This document shows positions 56,055 to 64,000 of a stretch of DNA of 64,000 nucleotides, piece by piece. The stretch lies in contig CAWCLV010000009.1 of NCBI GenBank assembly GCA_963796485.1, forward strand, positions 16,801 through 80,800, given 5' to 3'. Position numbers and translations under genes: made by a program. Position 1 is the stretch's first letter; each line of letters starts with the position of its first letter. The notes beneath the pieces are model-generated. The model was not told the origin of the DNA. It did no database searches and worked only from the letters and a program-made list of their open reading frames with translations. The stretch is from Bryobacterales bacterium (lineage in GTDB: Bacteria > Acidobacteriota > Terriglobia > Bryobacterales > Bryobacteraceae).

Positions 56055-56900
56055 CTAAGTATCTTTCGTACGTTGGATCTCATCCGCGACATCGGCCGCC
56101 GCGCGCATCTCGCGGACGTCGTGCACCCGCAAAATATGCGCTCCGTACAGGATCGCCGCCGCCACCGCCGCGGCCGTCGCGCACTTGGTTTCTTCCACAT
56201 CCTCGTGCGCAAGGAACGATTTACGGGAGGGGCCCACCAGAATAGGCACATCGAGCGCATTCAACATGCCGAGCGCCCCAATAATCAGCGAATTCTGTTC
56301 CTTCCGCTTGCCGAAGCCGATCCCCGGGTCGATCACCAGCCTCGTTTTGTCGATACCCACCCGTCTGGCGCGGCTCACCGCGGCGTCCAGGTCGCGGGTA
56401 ATTGTCCCCATCGGATCCGGCATCGGGCTCAGCTTCGGCCACATCTCCGGCCGCCCGCGCATATGGTTCAGGATGAGCCCCGCGTTGTGGTTCGACACCA
56501 CCCGCGATAACTGCGGCTCAATCGTCAGGCCTGAGGGATCGTTGATGATCTCGACCCCGAGTTCGAGCGCCCGTTCGGCCACCTCGGCCTTGTACGTATC
56601 CACCGAAATCGGGATTCCCAACTGCCCGCGCAGCTTTTTGAGGACCGGAATCAGCCGCCGCATCTCTTCCGCGGCCGAAATGCGCGCCGAATTGGGCTTC
56701 GTGGACTCCGCCCCGATGTCCAGGATATCCGCGCCCTGCTCCTCGAGTTCGAGAGCGCGCGCAAAAGCCCGGTCCGGGTCGGTGTATTTTCCTCCGTCCG
56801 AAAACGAATCCGGCGTCACGTTCAGGACGCCCATCAGCACTGTGCGGTCGCCGAGTTTGATCTCTCGTTGTTTGAGCTTCCAGAAAAAGAGCTTTCTCAC
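56055..56900 (-). CDS. folP: Dihydropteroate synthase
   Basis: MGVLNVTPDSFSDGG and DPGIGFGK motifs. Confidence 0.9.
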   Translation of the reverse strand: MRKLFFWKLKQREIKLGDRTVLMGVLNVTPDSFSDGGKYTDPDRAFARALELEEQGADILDIGAESTKPNSARISAAEEMRRLIPVLKKLRGQLGIPISVDTYKAEVAERALELGVEIINDPSGLTIEPQLSRVVSNHNAGLILNHMRGRPEMWPKLSPMPDPMGTITRDLDAAVSRARRVGIDKTRLVIDPGIGFGKRKEQNSLIIGALGMLNALDVPILVGPSRKSFLAHEDVEETKCATAAAVAAAILYGAHILRVHDVREMRAAADVADEIQRTKDT

Positions 56901-56922
56901 TGTTCTCTACAGGTTCGCATAC

Positions 56923-58179
56923 TCACTCGTACCGCAGGCACACGATGGGATCCAGATTGGCCGCGCGGTTGGCGGGATAGTAGCCGAAGAACAGCCCCAC
57001 TCCCACCGAGATCGCCACCCCCATCACCACCCAGAACGGCGAAAGCGAGGCCGGAATCGAAAGCAGCGTACGCACCGCCAGGGAAATCAGCCCGCCGACC
57101 AGAATTCCGATCACGCCTCCGGTGCCCGAGAGCATCACCGCCTCCATCAGAAATTGGGCGCGAATGTCCGAGCGGCGCGCGCCGATGGCTTTGCGCACCC
57201 CGATCTCCGCCGTCCGTTCCGTAACCGAGATCAGCATAATGTTCATCACGCCGATGCCGCCCACCAGCAGGCCGATCGAGCCGATCGCCCCGGTCAGCAG
57301 CGCCATGGCGCCTGTAAGCTGGTTCCACAGGTCGGTGAAGAAACTCGGATCGGCCACGTCGAAATCGTTCTCCGCGTTATGAGCGACGCGCCGGCGGCGC
57401 CGCATCTGCTCCACGACGTGGTCTCTAACCTCATCGAGGTTGGCGTCCTCGCGCACCGTGAAGATCAGGAAAATTTCGCGGACCTCGGGATAGTTCTTGT
57501 GAAAATTCGAGAGCGGGATCACCGCGAACTGGTCCACGCCGAACCCGCCGAACAGCCCGGGGTCCTTCTCGAAAACCCCGATCACCTCGTAGGGCCGGCC
57601 GTTGAGCCGCACCTCCTTGCCGAGGGGGTCGGTGTGCGGAAACAACGAATCGGCAATCGCGTCGCCGATCACCACGACCGCCCGTTGGTGCTCTTCGTCG
57701 AACGCGGAGACGTAGCGGCCCGTTGCCACGGTGAACAGGGGCAGGGCCGCCGCGTAATCCGGCTCCGTGCCGCGCAAAATCAGCCGTTCCACGTGCTCGT
57801 TGGCGTAGGCTATCGAATCGGATTGCTGCCCCAGGTTGATCCGCTGCGCGAACGCCGTCGAAACATCCAGCCCCGGGACGTTCTCCTTCAGATACTGAGC
57901 GTCGGATATCTGAAGGTACTTCCGCGTGCGGATCTTCGCCGGCAGGCGTCCGGCCCCCGTGAATCCCGGCGGAATTCGCGTGATGAAGAACGAGCGCGAC
58001 CCGAAGGAGTTGATGCGGTTTAAGATGTAGCCGTTGAGCCCGTCGATAATCGCCGCCACCGAGATCACGCTGGTCACTCCGATCACGATCCCGAGAATCG
58101 TCAGGAACGACCGCCCCTTGCGCGAGCGCAACGTGTCCATCGCCACCCGGAGGTTTTCGTGCAATTCGGAGCGTGTCAT
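56923..58179 (-). CDS. MacB/FtsX-type ABC transporter permease
   Basis: Start placed at MTRSELHENL. Architecture is an N-terminal TM helix, a periplasmic domain, then a C-terminal FtsX 3-TM bundle (VTERTAEIGVRKAIGA). Confidence 0.8.
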   Translation of the reverse strand: MTRSELHENLRVAMDTLRSRKGRSFLTILGIVIGVTSVISVAAIIDGLNGYILNRINSFGSRSFFITRIPPGFTGAGRLPAKIRTRKYLQISDAQYLKENVPGLDVSTAFAQRINLGQQSDSIAYANEHVERLILRGTEPDYAAALPLFTVATGRYVSAFDEEHQRAVVVIGDAIADSLFPHTDPLGKEVRLNGRPYEVIGVFEKDPGLFGGFGVDQFAVIPLSNFHKNYPEVREIFLIFTVREDANLDEVRDHVVEQMRRRRRVAHNAENDFDVADPSFFTDLWNQLTGAMALLTGAIGSIGLLVGGIGVMNIMLISVTERTAEIGVRKAIGARRSDIRAQFLMEAVMLSGTGGVIGILVGGLISLAVRTLLSIPASLSPFWVVMGVAISVGVGLFFGYYPANRAANLDPIVCLRYE

Positions 58180-58181
58180 GA

Positions 58182-59435
58182 TTATTCCGCCCGCAGCGCG
58201 ACCACCGGGTCGAGTTTCGCGGCTTTCATCGCCGGATAGATCCCGAAGAACAGCCCGATGATCGAGCTGAGCACCAGCCCCAGAATGGCCACCCACGTTT
58301 GCACCGATGCCGGGAAAGCCGTCAACTGCCGGAGACCGAGCGCGCAGAGGAAACCAAGCGCGATCCCGATCGCTCCTCCGGCCAGGCATTGCAGCACGCT
58401 CTCCGTGAGGAACTGGCGCAGCACATCGCCCTGCGTGGCGCCGATCGCCCGGCGCACGCCGATTTCCTTGGTCCGCTCGGTGACGCTCACCAGCATCACG
58501 TTCATGATCACGATCCCGCCCACCACGGCCGAGATCGAGCTGATCATCACGAACACGGCGAAAAATGCCGAGCTGATGCTCTGCCAGAGCGCAATGTAGC
58601 TCTGGGCCGTCCCGATGAAGAAGTCGTCGTCCTTACCGGCGCCCACATGGCGCCGCGCGCGCAGCACCCTGCGCACGTCGTCCTGCGCCATATTGAAAAC
58701 GGCATCGCCGCCCCCTGCCTGAATGCTGAGCGTCAGGCTGTTCCGCTGCCCCCTGAGCTTCAGGTACGTGCGCAGCGGGACCACGATAAACGTGTCCTGG
58801 TCCTGGCCGAGCACGCTCCCGATTTTTTCGAAGGTGCCGATTACCGTGAACTCGGCGTTCCCCGCGCGGATCACCTTACCCATGGGGTCCGTGTCCGGGA
58901 AGAATTCCTGGGCCACGCGGTCGCCGATCAGGCAGACATCCACCACGTGCCGGTCTTCCAGTTCCGTGAAGTAGCGGCCCAGCGAGACCGTGCGGGTGTC
59001 AATCACCGACATCGAAGGAGTGTGCCCGTACATCGTCGCGTCTTCGAGTTCGTGGTCCTTGTAGCGAAGCGGCGCGCCGCTGCTGAGGACCGCGCCGACC
59101 GCCTGGCAGTGCGGGCAGCCCCCGGCCACCGCGCTCATATCGTCCGGGTACAGAAACTTGTTGCGCTGGGCTTTGGTCAGAACGGTGAAATCGGTCACCG
59201 CGAACGGCATTCGGGAGACCCGGAACACATTGGTCCCGAGGTCCGCGATCTTCTGTTCGACATAAAGATTCGCGCCCTGAACCAGGGTCATCACGGTGAT
59301 CAGCGTGGCGACCCCCATCGTCAGCCCCAGCACCGTAAGCGAAGCGCGCAGTTTGTGGGCGCGAATCGAGTCGGCTGCCAGTGCCAGGTTGTCGGCGGCC
59401 CCAATCATAGAGACTGTGATTCTATCAGGGGGCAC
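58182..59435 (-). CDS. MacB/FtsX-type ABC transporter permease (tandem paralog)
   Basis: Same architecture as the neighbouring permease (VTERTKEIGVRRAIGA). No ATPase gene lies adjacent in the window. Confidence 0.8.
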   Translation of the reverse strand: MPPDRITVSMIGAADNLALAADSIRAHKLRASLTVLGLTMGVATLITVMTLVQGANLYVEQKIADLGTNVFRVSRMPFAVTDFTVLTKAQRNKFLYPDDMSAVAGGCPHCQAVGAVLSSGAPLRYKDHELEDATMYGHTPSMSVIDTRTVSLGRYFTELEDRHVVDVCLIGDRVAQEFFPDTDPMGKVIRAGNAEFTVIGTFEKIGSVLGQDQDTFIVVPLRTYLKLRGQRNSLTLSIQAGGGDAVFNMAQDDVRRVLRARRHVGAGKDDDFFIGTAQSYIALWQSISSAFFAVFVMISSISAVVGGIVIMNVMLVSVTERTKEIGVRRAIGATQGDVLRQFLTESVLQCLAGGAIGIALGFLCALGLRQLTAFPASVQTWVAILGLVLSSIIGLFFGIYPAMKAAKLDPVVALRAE

Positions 59436-59460
59436 GGCGTTCGGATGCTACGCTAGAATA

Positions 59461-60360
59461 TTGCGCCACCACCCGCTTTTCAGGCCCTACTTTGCCCTCG
59501 CTGCGGTCTGCCTCGTCTGGGGAACCACGTACCTGGCGATTCGCATGTCGCTCGAATCGTTCGCGCCGCTGCCGCTGGTCTCGGTGCGGTACATCCTCTC
59601 GGGCGGGCTGCTGGTTCTTTTTGCCAGGTGGCGCGGCGCTCACCTTCCAAAAGGACGCGAACTGGCGGCCATGTGCTTGAGCGGATTCTTCACGCTCGGG
59701 GTCGGGAACGGCGCGCTGGTTTACTCCGAATTGACCGTGCCGAGCGGCATTGCCGGCCTGATCATCACGATCTCGCCCTTTTGGATGGTCGGCATGGAAG
59801 CTTTGCTGCCGGGCGGCGAGCGCCTCCACGCCCCCACCGTCGGCGGCATGGCGATCGGGCTGCTTGGAGCGTGCCTCCTGTTCACTCCCGACTCGGGACC
59901 GCAAAGCGCGCACCTGAGCATTTTAAGCGGCTTCCTGCTGCTGCAACTCGGCATGGCAGGCTGGTCGTTCGGCTCGATTTACCAGCGCCGCCAGACCGGC
60001 AAGACCCATCCGGTGATCGCAGGCGGAGTGCAGCAGCTAGCCGCGGGCCTGATTCTCTCCCCGTTCGCCGCTATCTTCCACGGGCACCCCGTCCATTGGA
60101 GCACCCGGGGAGTCACGGCGCTCCTCTACCTGGTGTTCTGCGGGTCGATTGTGGGCTATAGCTGTTATGCCTACGCGCTCGACCGCCTTCCGGTGGCAAT
60201 CGTCAGCGTCTACCCATACGTCAACGCGGTGGTCGCCGTCACCCTGGGCTGGCTATTTTATAACGAGGCGTTCGGCAAGCGCGAGGCCATGGCAATGGTG
60301 GTGATCTTTGCCGGAGTGGCACTGGTGAAGCGCTACTCCAAGAAGCCTGCGGCCGGTTAA
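59461..60360 (+). CDS. EamA-family (DMT) transporter
   Basis: 10-TM duplicated EamA pattern (VWGTTYLAIR...). There is no in-frame ATG near the conserved N-terminus, so TTG at 59461 is proposed. Start is uncertain. Confidence 0.65.
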   Translation: MRHHPLFRPYFALAAVCLVWGTTYLAIRMSLESFAPLPLVSVRYILSGGLLVLFARWRGAHLPKGRELAAMCLSGFFTLGVGNGALVYSELTVPSGIAGLIITISPFWMVGMEALLPGGERLHAPTVGGMAIGLLGACLLFTPDSGPQSAHLSILSGFLLLQLGMAGWSFGSIYQRRQTGKTHPVIAGGVQQLAAGLILSPFAAIFHGHPVHWSTRGVTALLYLVFCGSIVGYSCYAYALDRLPVAIVSVYPYVNAVVAVTLGWLFYNEAFGKREAMAMVVIFAGVALVKRYSKKPAAG

Positions 60361-60992
60361 TTCGACTGGCGCCCCACAAATTTGGCGCCGAGCGCCCCGC
60401 CCGCAATGCTCAGCCCGGTGATGAAGAAGAAAAACAGCGTAAACGAGAGAAGCAGGAGAAAGAAGATTCCGGAACCGGTCTGAAAGAACGACATAATCTG
60501 CTGTTGGATAGCCGGATCCTGGCCGTGGAAACCCTTGCTCATCTGCTCCTGTAAGATCGGGCCCAATTTTCCGTTGAGTGCATCGGGCACAAGTTGCACC
60601 GTGAAAGCGATTGCCGATAGTGCAAAAGTGAGCAACCCGGTAATCCACCCCAACCGCACGCCGGCTCCGACATTCACGAAGCTGCCCGTTCTCCGGTGGT
60701 AAAAGTACACCGCGAAGAACCCCGCCGCAATCCAGGTGAAAAACGGCAGGAACAAGTTCAGCACGGTGGCGCCGACCGAAACCAGCAGCGCAATCCTCAC
60801 CGCAACCGGATTGTGAAAATTCAGCGGCTGCGCTTGCGGAGGGGGCGGCGGGGGCGGCGCAACCGGAGCGGGCTCGGGCTCCTGCCGGACTTCCGGCTCG
60901 ACCGCCGCGATCTCCCGCTGCGGCTTTCCGCACTTATGGCAAAATAACGACCCCGGAGCGAGCTCGGTACCGCATGTACACGTTTCTGGCAT
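60357..60992 (-). CDS. Zinc-ribbon plus Pro-rich linker plus 4-TM membrane protein
   Basis: Start placed at MPETCTCGTELAPGSLFCHKCGKP, followed by a PPPPPPPQ linker and hydrophobic helices. Confidence 0.55.
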   Translation of the reverse strand: MPETCTCGTELAPGSLFCHKCGKPQREIAAVEPEVRQEPEPAPVAPPPPPPPQAQPLNFHNPVAVRIALLVSVGATVLNLFLPFFTWIAAGFFAVYFYHRRTGSFVNVGAGVRLGWITGLLTFALSAIAFTVQLVPDALNGKLGPILQEQMSKGFHGQDPAIQQQIMSFFQTGSGIFFLLLLSFTLFFFFITGLSIAGGALGAKFVGRQSN

Positions 60993-61041
60993 TATCACCG
61001 CTGCTACTTCCAGTTTGACGCAGCCGGACACCGGCAGGCAA

Positions 61042-62016
61042 CTAACGGAAGCGAACCTTGACGTCGGGCCGGTTTTCAAGCTGCGTGGTGTCCAGGAACC
61101 GAACCCTCGCCGGGTGCGACGTCATCACCACCGCTTCTGTGTGAATTCCGTCGCCCGTGAACCGCACCCCTTTCAGCAGATTGCCGTCCGTGACCCCGCA
61201 GGCGGCGAACACCAGGTTGCGGCCGGGGGCGAGTTCCGGCGTGTTGTAGATCCGGTTTGCGTCATGGATACCCATTGCCTGCATGCGCTCTTTCTGGGCT
61301 TCGTCCTTGACCACCAGACGTCCCAGGATCTCGCCGTTCAGGCAGCGCAGCGCGGCCGCGGTTAGCACGCCTTCCGGGGCTCCGCCGGACCCCATCACCG
61401 CATGCACGCCGGTCCCGGCCACGGCAGCCGCGATCCCCGCCGACAGGTCGCCATCCGAAATCAGACGGATGCGCGCTCCGGCTTCGCGGATGTCCGCCAT
61501 CAACTGCCGGTGGCGGGGACGGTCGAGCACCACCACCACCAAATCGTCCACGCCGCGCTGCAGCCGGCGGGCGATGGCCTTCAGGTTCTGCTTCACCGGA
61601 GCATCCAGGTCTACCGCGCCCTTGGCCGCGGGCCCCACCACGATTTTCTCCATGTAGCAATCCGGCGCGTGCAGCAACCCGCCGGGTTCCGAAGCCGCCA
61701 GCACGGTGATGGCGCCGGCGCCGCCCGTGGCACAGAGATTCGTGCCTTCGAGAGGGTCCACCGCGATATCCACGGGCACGGGCGACCCGTTGTTCCGGCA
61801 CCCCACGCGCTCGCCGATGAACAGCATCGGGGCTTCATCGCGCTCACCTTCCCCGATCACGATGGTGCCGTCAAGCGGGATGGTGTCGAGGCACCGGCGC
61901 ATCGATTCCACGGCCGCCTGGTCCGCCGCATTCGCGTTGCCCATCCCCATGGTGCGGGCCGAAGCGATGGCGGCATCTTCCACCACGCGCAGCAATTCAA
62001 GCGAGAGATCGAACAT
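61042..62016 (-). CDS. glpX: Class II fructose-1,6-bisphosphatase
   Basis: 324 aa with [19 protein letters not shown] and GGAPEGV motifs typical of GlpX. Confidence 0.9.
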   Translation of the reverse strand: MFDLSLELLRVVEDAAIASARTMGMGNANAADQAAVESMRRCLDTIPLDGTIVIGEGERDEAPMLFIGERVGCRNNGSPVPVDIAVDPLEGTNLCATGGAGAITVLAASEPGGLLHAPDCYMEKIVVGPAAKGAVDLDAPVKQNLKAIARRLQRGVDDLVVVVLDRPRHRQLMADIREAGARIRLISDGDLSAGIAAAVAGTGVHAVMGSGGAPEGVLTAAALRCLNGEILGRLVVKDEAQKERMQAMGIHDANRIYNTPELAPGRNLVFAACGVTDGNLLKGVRFTGDGIHTEAVVMTSHPARVRFLDTTQLENRPDVKVRFR

Positions 62017-62033
62017 GTGGTAGCTTTCTCCTC

Positions 62034-63005
62034 ATGAGCAATCAAACAGTCCTGGTCCTGGCCGATCCTACGGAGCCACAGCTCGCCATGCTCGAACAGT
62101 TGCCGCCGGAGACCGGGATCGCTGTCGGAAACACGGTCGGGGCATTCAAGAGGGCCGCTCCCGATGCCACTATTATTTTTAACTGGTCCCTTTCCGGGAA
62201 GCTGCTGCGCGAGGTCTACCTCATGTGCCCGCGCGTACAATGGGTACACACCCGATCGGCCGGGCTGGACAGTCTCCTATTCCCGGAACTGATTGAGAGC
62301 CCGGTGGTTCTCACCAATGGCAGCGGCGTCTTCAGCCAGTCGCTGGGGGAATTTGCCCTGGCCGCCATTCTCTTTTTCGCGAAGGACCTGCGGCGCATGG
62401 TCCGCAACCAGGAAGCCGGCAGGTGGGAGCAGTTCGACATCACCGCAATCGAGGGCCAGACGGTCGGAATCGTCGGCTACGGCGATATCGGACGCGCCGT
62501 CGCCACCCGCGTTCGGGCGATGGGGATGCGGGTGCTGGCAATGAAGCGAAGCGGCCCGTCCGCCTCCAATCCGGATCCGCTCGTCAGCCGGATCTACGGC
62601 CCCTCGGAACTCCTCGAAATGCTGGCCGATTGCGACTACGTGGTGGTCTCCGCGCCGCTGACCCCGGCAACTCAGGGCATGATCGGCGCCGAAGCCTTCG
62701 CCGCCATGAAGTCCTCCGCCGTAGCGATCAACATCGGCCGCGGACCCGTAATCGACGAGACCGCCATGGTTCAGGCGCTCGCCGCCGGCATGATCAAAGG
62801 CGCGGCCCTCGATGTCTTCGACCAGGAGCCGCTCCCCCCGGGGCATCCATTTTACGCGCTGCCGAACGTCCTGCTCTCGCCGCATTGCGCCGACCATACG
62901 CCGGATTGGATGGACCAGGCGATGCGCTTCTTTCTCGAGCAGTTCGAGCGCTTCCTCTGCGGAACTCCGCTGAAGAACGTGGTGGAAAAAACTCGGGGCT
63001 ACTGA
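62034..63005 (+). CDS. D-isomer-specific 2-hydroxyacid dehydrogenase family protein
   Basis: GIVGYGDIGRAV NAD motif, NIGRGPVIDE, and the catalytic His context SPHCAD. Confidence 0.85.
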   Translation: MSNQTVLVLADPTEPQLAMLEQLPPETGIAVGNTVGAFKRAAPDATIIFNWSLSGKLLREVYLMCPRVQWVHTRSAGLDSLLFPELIESPVVLTNGSGVFSQSLGEFALAAILFFAKDLRRMVRNQEAGRWEQFDITAIEGQTVGIVGYGDIGRAVATRVRAMGMRVLAMKRSGPSASNPDPLVSRIYGPSELLEMLADCDYVVVSAPLTPATQGMIGAEAFAAMKSSAVAINIGRGPVIDETAMVQALAAGMIKGAALDVFDQEPLPPGHPFYALPNVLLSPHCADHTPDWMDQAMRFFLEQFERFLCGTPLKNVVEKTRGY

Positions 63006-63973
63006 GGGTCGAGCAGGACTTTTAGCGTCCCCCGGGCAGCCGCCTTCTCGAATGCCCGGCCCGCTTCGGCCAGCGGAAATCTTGCGTCAATCATCTCTTC
63101 CACCGGGATCACGCCGCGCTCGAGCAGCGGCAGTGCCGCTTCGAAGCGGCCGCACCGTGACCCCACCAGCGTGATCTCGTTCACGATAATCGGCGCGGTA
63201 TCCACCCCGACCGTGCCGTGAACCGTGGATTTCAGAATCAGGGTGCCGCGCGGCCGCGTCATCGCCACCGCGGCCCGCATACCCTCGGCGCTGCCGGTGG
63301 CATCTACCACCCAGCCGTAGGCGGCCACCGGCAGCGACTGCGCGATCTCCGTCGCCACCCCGGCCTTTTCGGCAATCCGTAGCTTCTCCGCGTGATGCCC
63401 GAATTGATGGACCCGAAGCCCCGTCGCCTGGAGGACCATCGCGATCAGCAGCCCCAGCTTCCCGTCCCCCAGCACCGCCACCGATTCGCTGCAGGGAATC
63501 AACACCTGGTCGAGGATCTCGCACGCCGCCGCCAGCGGCTCCGCAAACACCGCGCGTTCAAGCGGCATCGCATCCGGCAAGACGTGAAGGTTTCGCTCCG
63601 GCAGCGTGAGGAACTCGGCAAAGGCCCCCGGGTGTTTTACGATTCCGAGCACGGTCCGGCGCGGACAGTGCCGCCCCAATCCCTGCCGGCACCACTCGCA
63701 ATCCTGACAGGCGAGATTGATTTCTCCCACCACCCGCTTGCCCACAAGCTCGCGGCTTTCCGCCTCGACCACTTCCGCCGCGAATTCGTGCCCGGGCGTC
63801 CCTGCGAAGCCGTAATAGCCTCGCTGCAATTCGAGATCGGTATTGCAAATTCCGGCCGCCAGCAGCCGCAGCAGCGCGTAGCCCTCGGGGCGCCGGAGCA
63901 TCGGTATCTGCCGTACCGTCACGGCGCCGTTTTCCAGGTGGACCGCCAACATCCCCCTATAATAGAACTTCAT
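62999..63973 (-). CDS. Zinc-type medium-chain alcohol dehydrogenase/reductase family protein
   Basis: GICNTDLE and GHEFAAEVVE (catalytic Zn ligands) plus VAVLGDGKLGLL (Rossmann motif). Confidence 0.85.
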   Translation of the reverse strand: MKFYYRGMLAVHLENGAVTVRQIPMLRRPEGYALLRLLAAGICNTDLELQRGYYGFAGTPGHEFAAEVVEAESRELVGKRVVGEINLACQDCEWCRQGLGRHCPRRTVLGIVKHPGAFAEFLTLPERNLHVLPDAMPLERAVFAEPLAAACEILDQVLIPCSESVAVLGDGKLGLLIAMVLQATGLRVHQFGHHAEKLRIAEKAGVATEIAQSLPVAAYGWVVDATGSAEGMRAAVAMTRPRGTLILKSTVHGTVGVDTAPIIVNEITLVGSRCGRFEAALPLLERGVIPVEEMIDARFPLAEAGRAFEKAAARGTLKVLLDPQ

Positions 63974-64000
63974 GCCAGCGGAGCTTGCCTGTTTCGAGAA

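Overview
High-GC bacterial window. The first ~44 kb is a dense dissimilatory sulfur-metabolism island and the last ~20 kb is ordinary housekeeping. A secreted S8 protease carries a C-terminal module that I recall as typical of Solibacter-like Acidobacteriota; this hint is untested. Positions 1-20025 form one co-directional minus-strand array with almost no intergenic space: marR-like, aprB, aprA, zinc-ribbon ORF, YkgJ-like Cys-rich ORF, qmoABC, dsrAB, unknown helical ORF, dsrL, dsrC, dsrT, dsrMKJOP, YeiH-like transporter. Upstream of it lies a cobA (siroheme branch) gene fused to an O-methyltransferase-like domain. A plus-strand block follows (24.5-43.8 kb). It holds a cytidylate-kinase-like/BON protein, a DUF202-like heptad-repeat membrane protein, two TauE/SafE permeases with three accessory envelope proteins, and a PEP-utilizing-type phosphotransferase with a non-canonical C-terminus. 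It continues with a dsrD-like/dsrN pair, a divergent Cys-rich HTH regulator and sat. Directly behind sat is a second DsrMKJOP/Hmc-like membrane redox module: HdrD-like, NarI-like, FeS subunit, and NrfD-like fused to a six-heme cytochrome c. A TPR protein and an atypical kinase-like protein close the block. I rate four things as most worth follow-up: the sat-linked second membrane complex, the two extra genes wedged between aprA and qmoA, the TauE module with its shared promoter/leader hairpin, and the three cytidylate-kinase-like/BON paralogs bracketing the island. No rRNA, tRNA, CRISPR array or mobile element was seen. All family assignments come from reading motifs in the translations; no searches were run.
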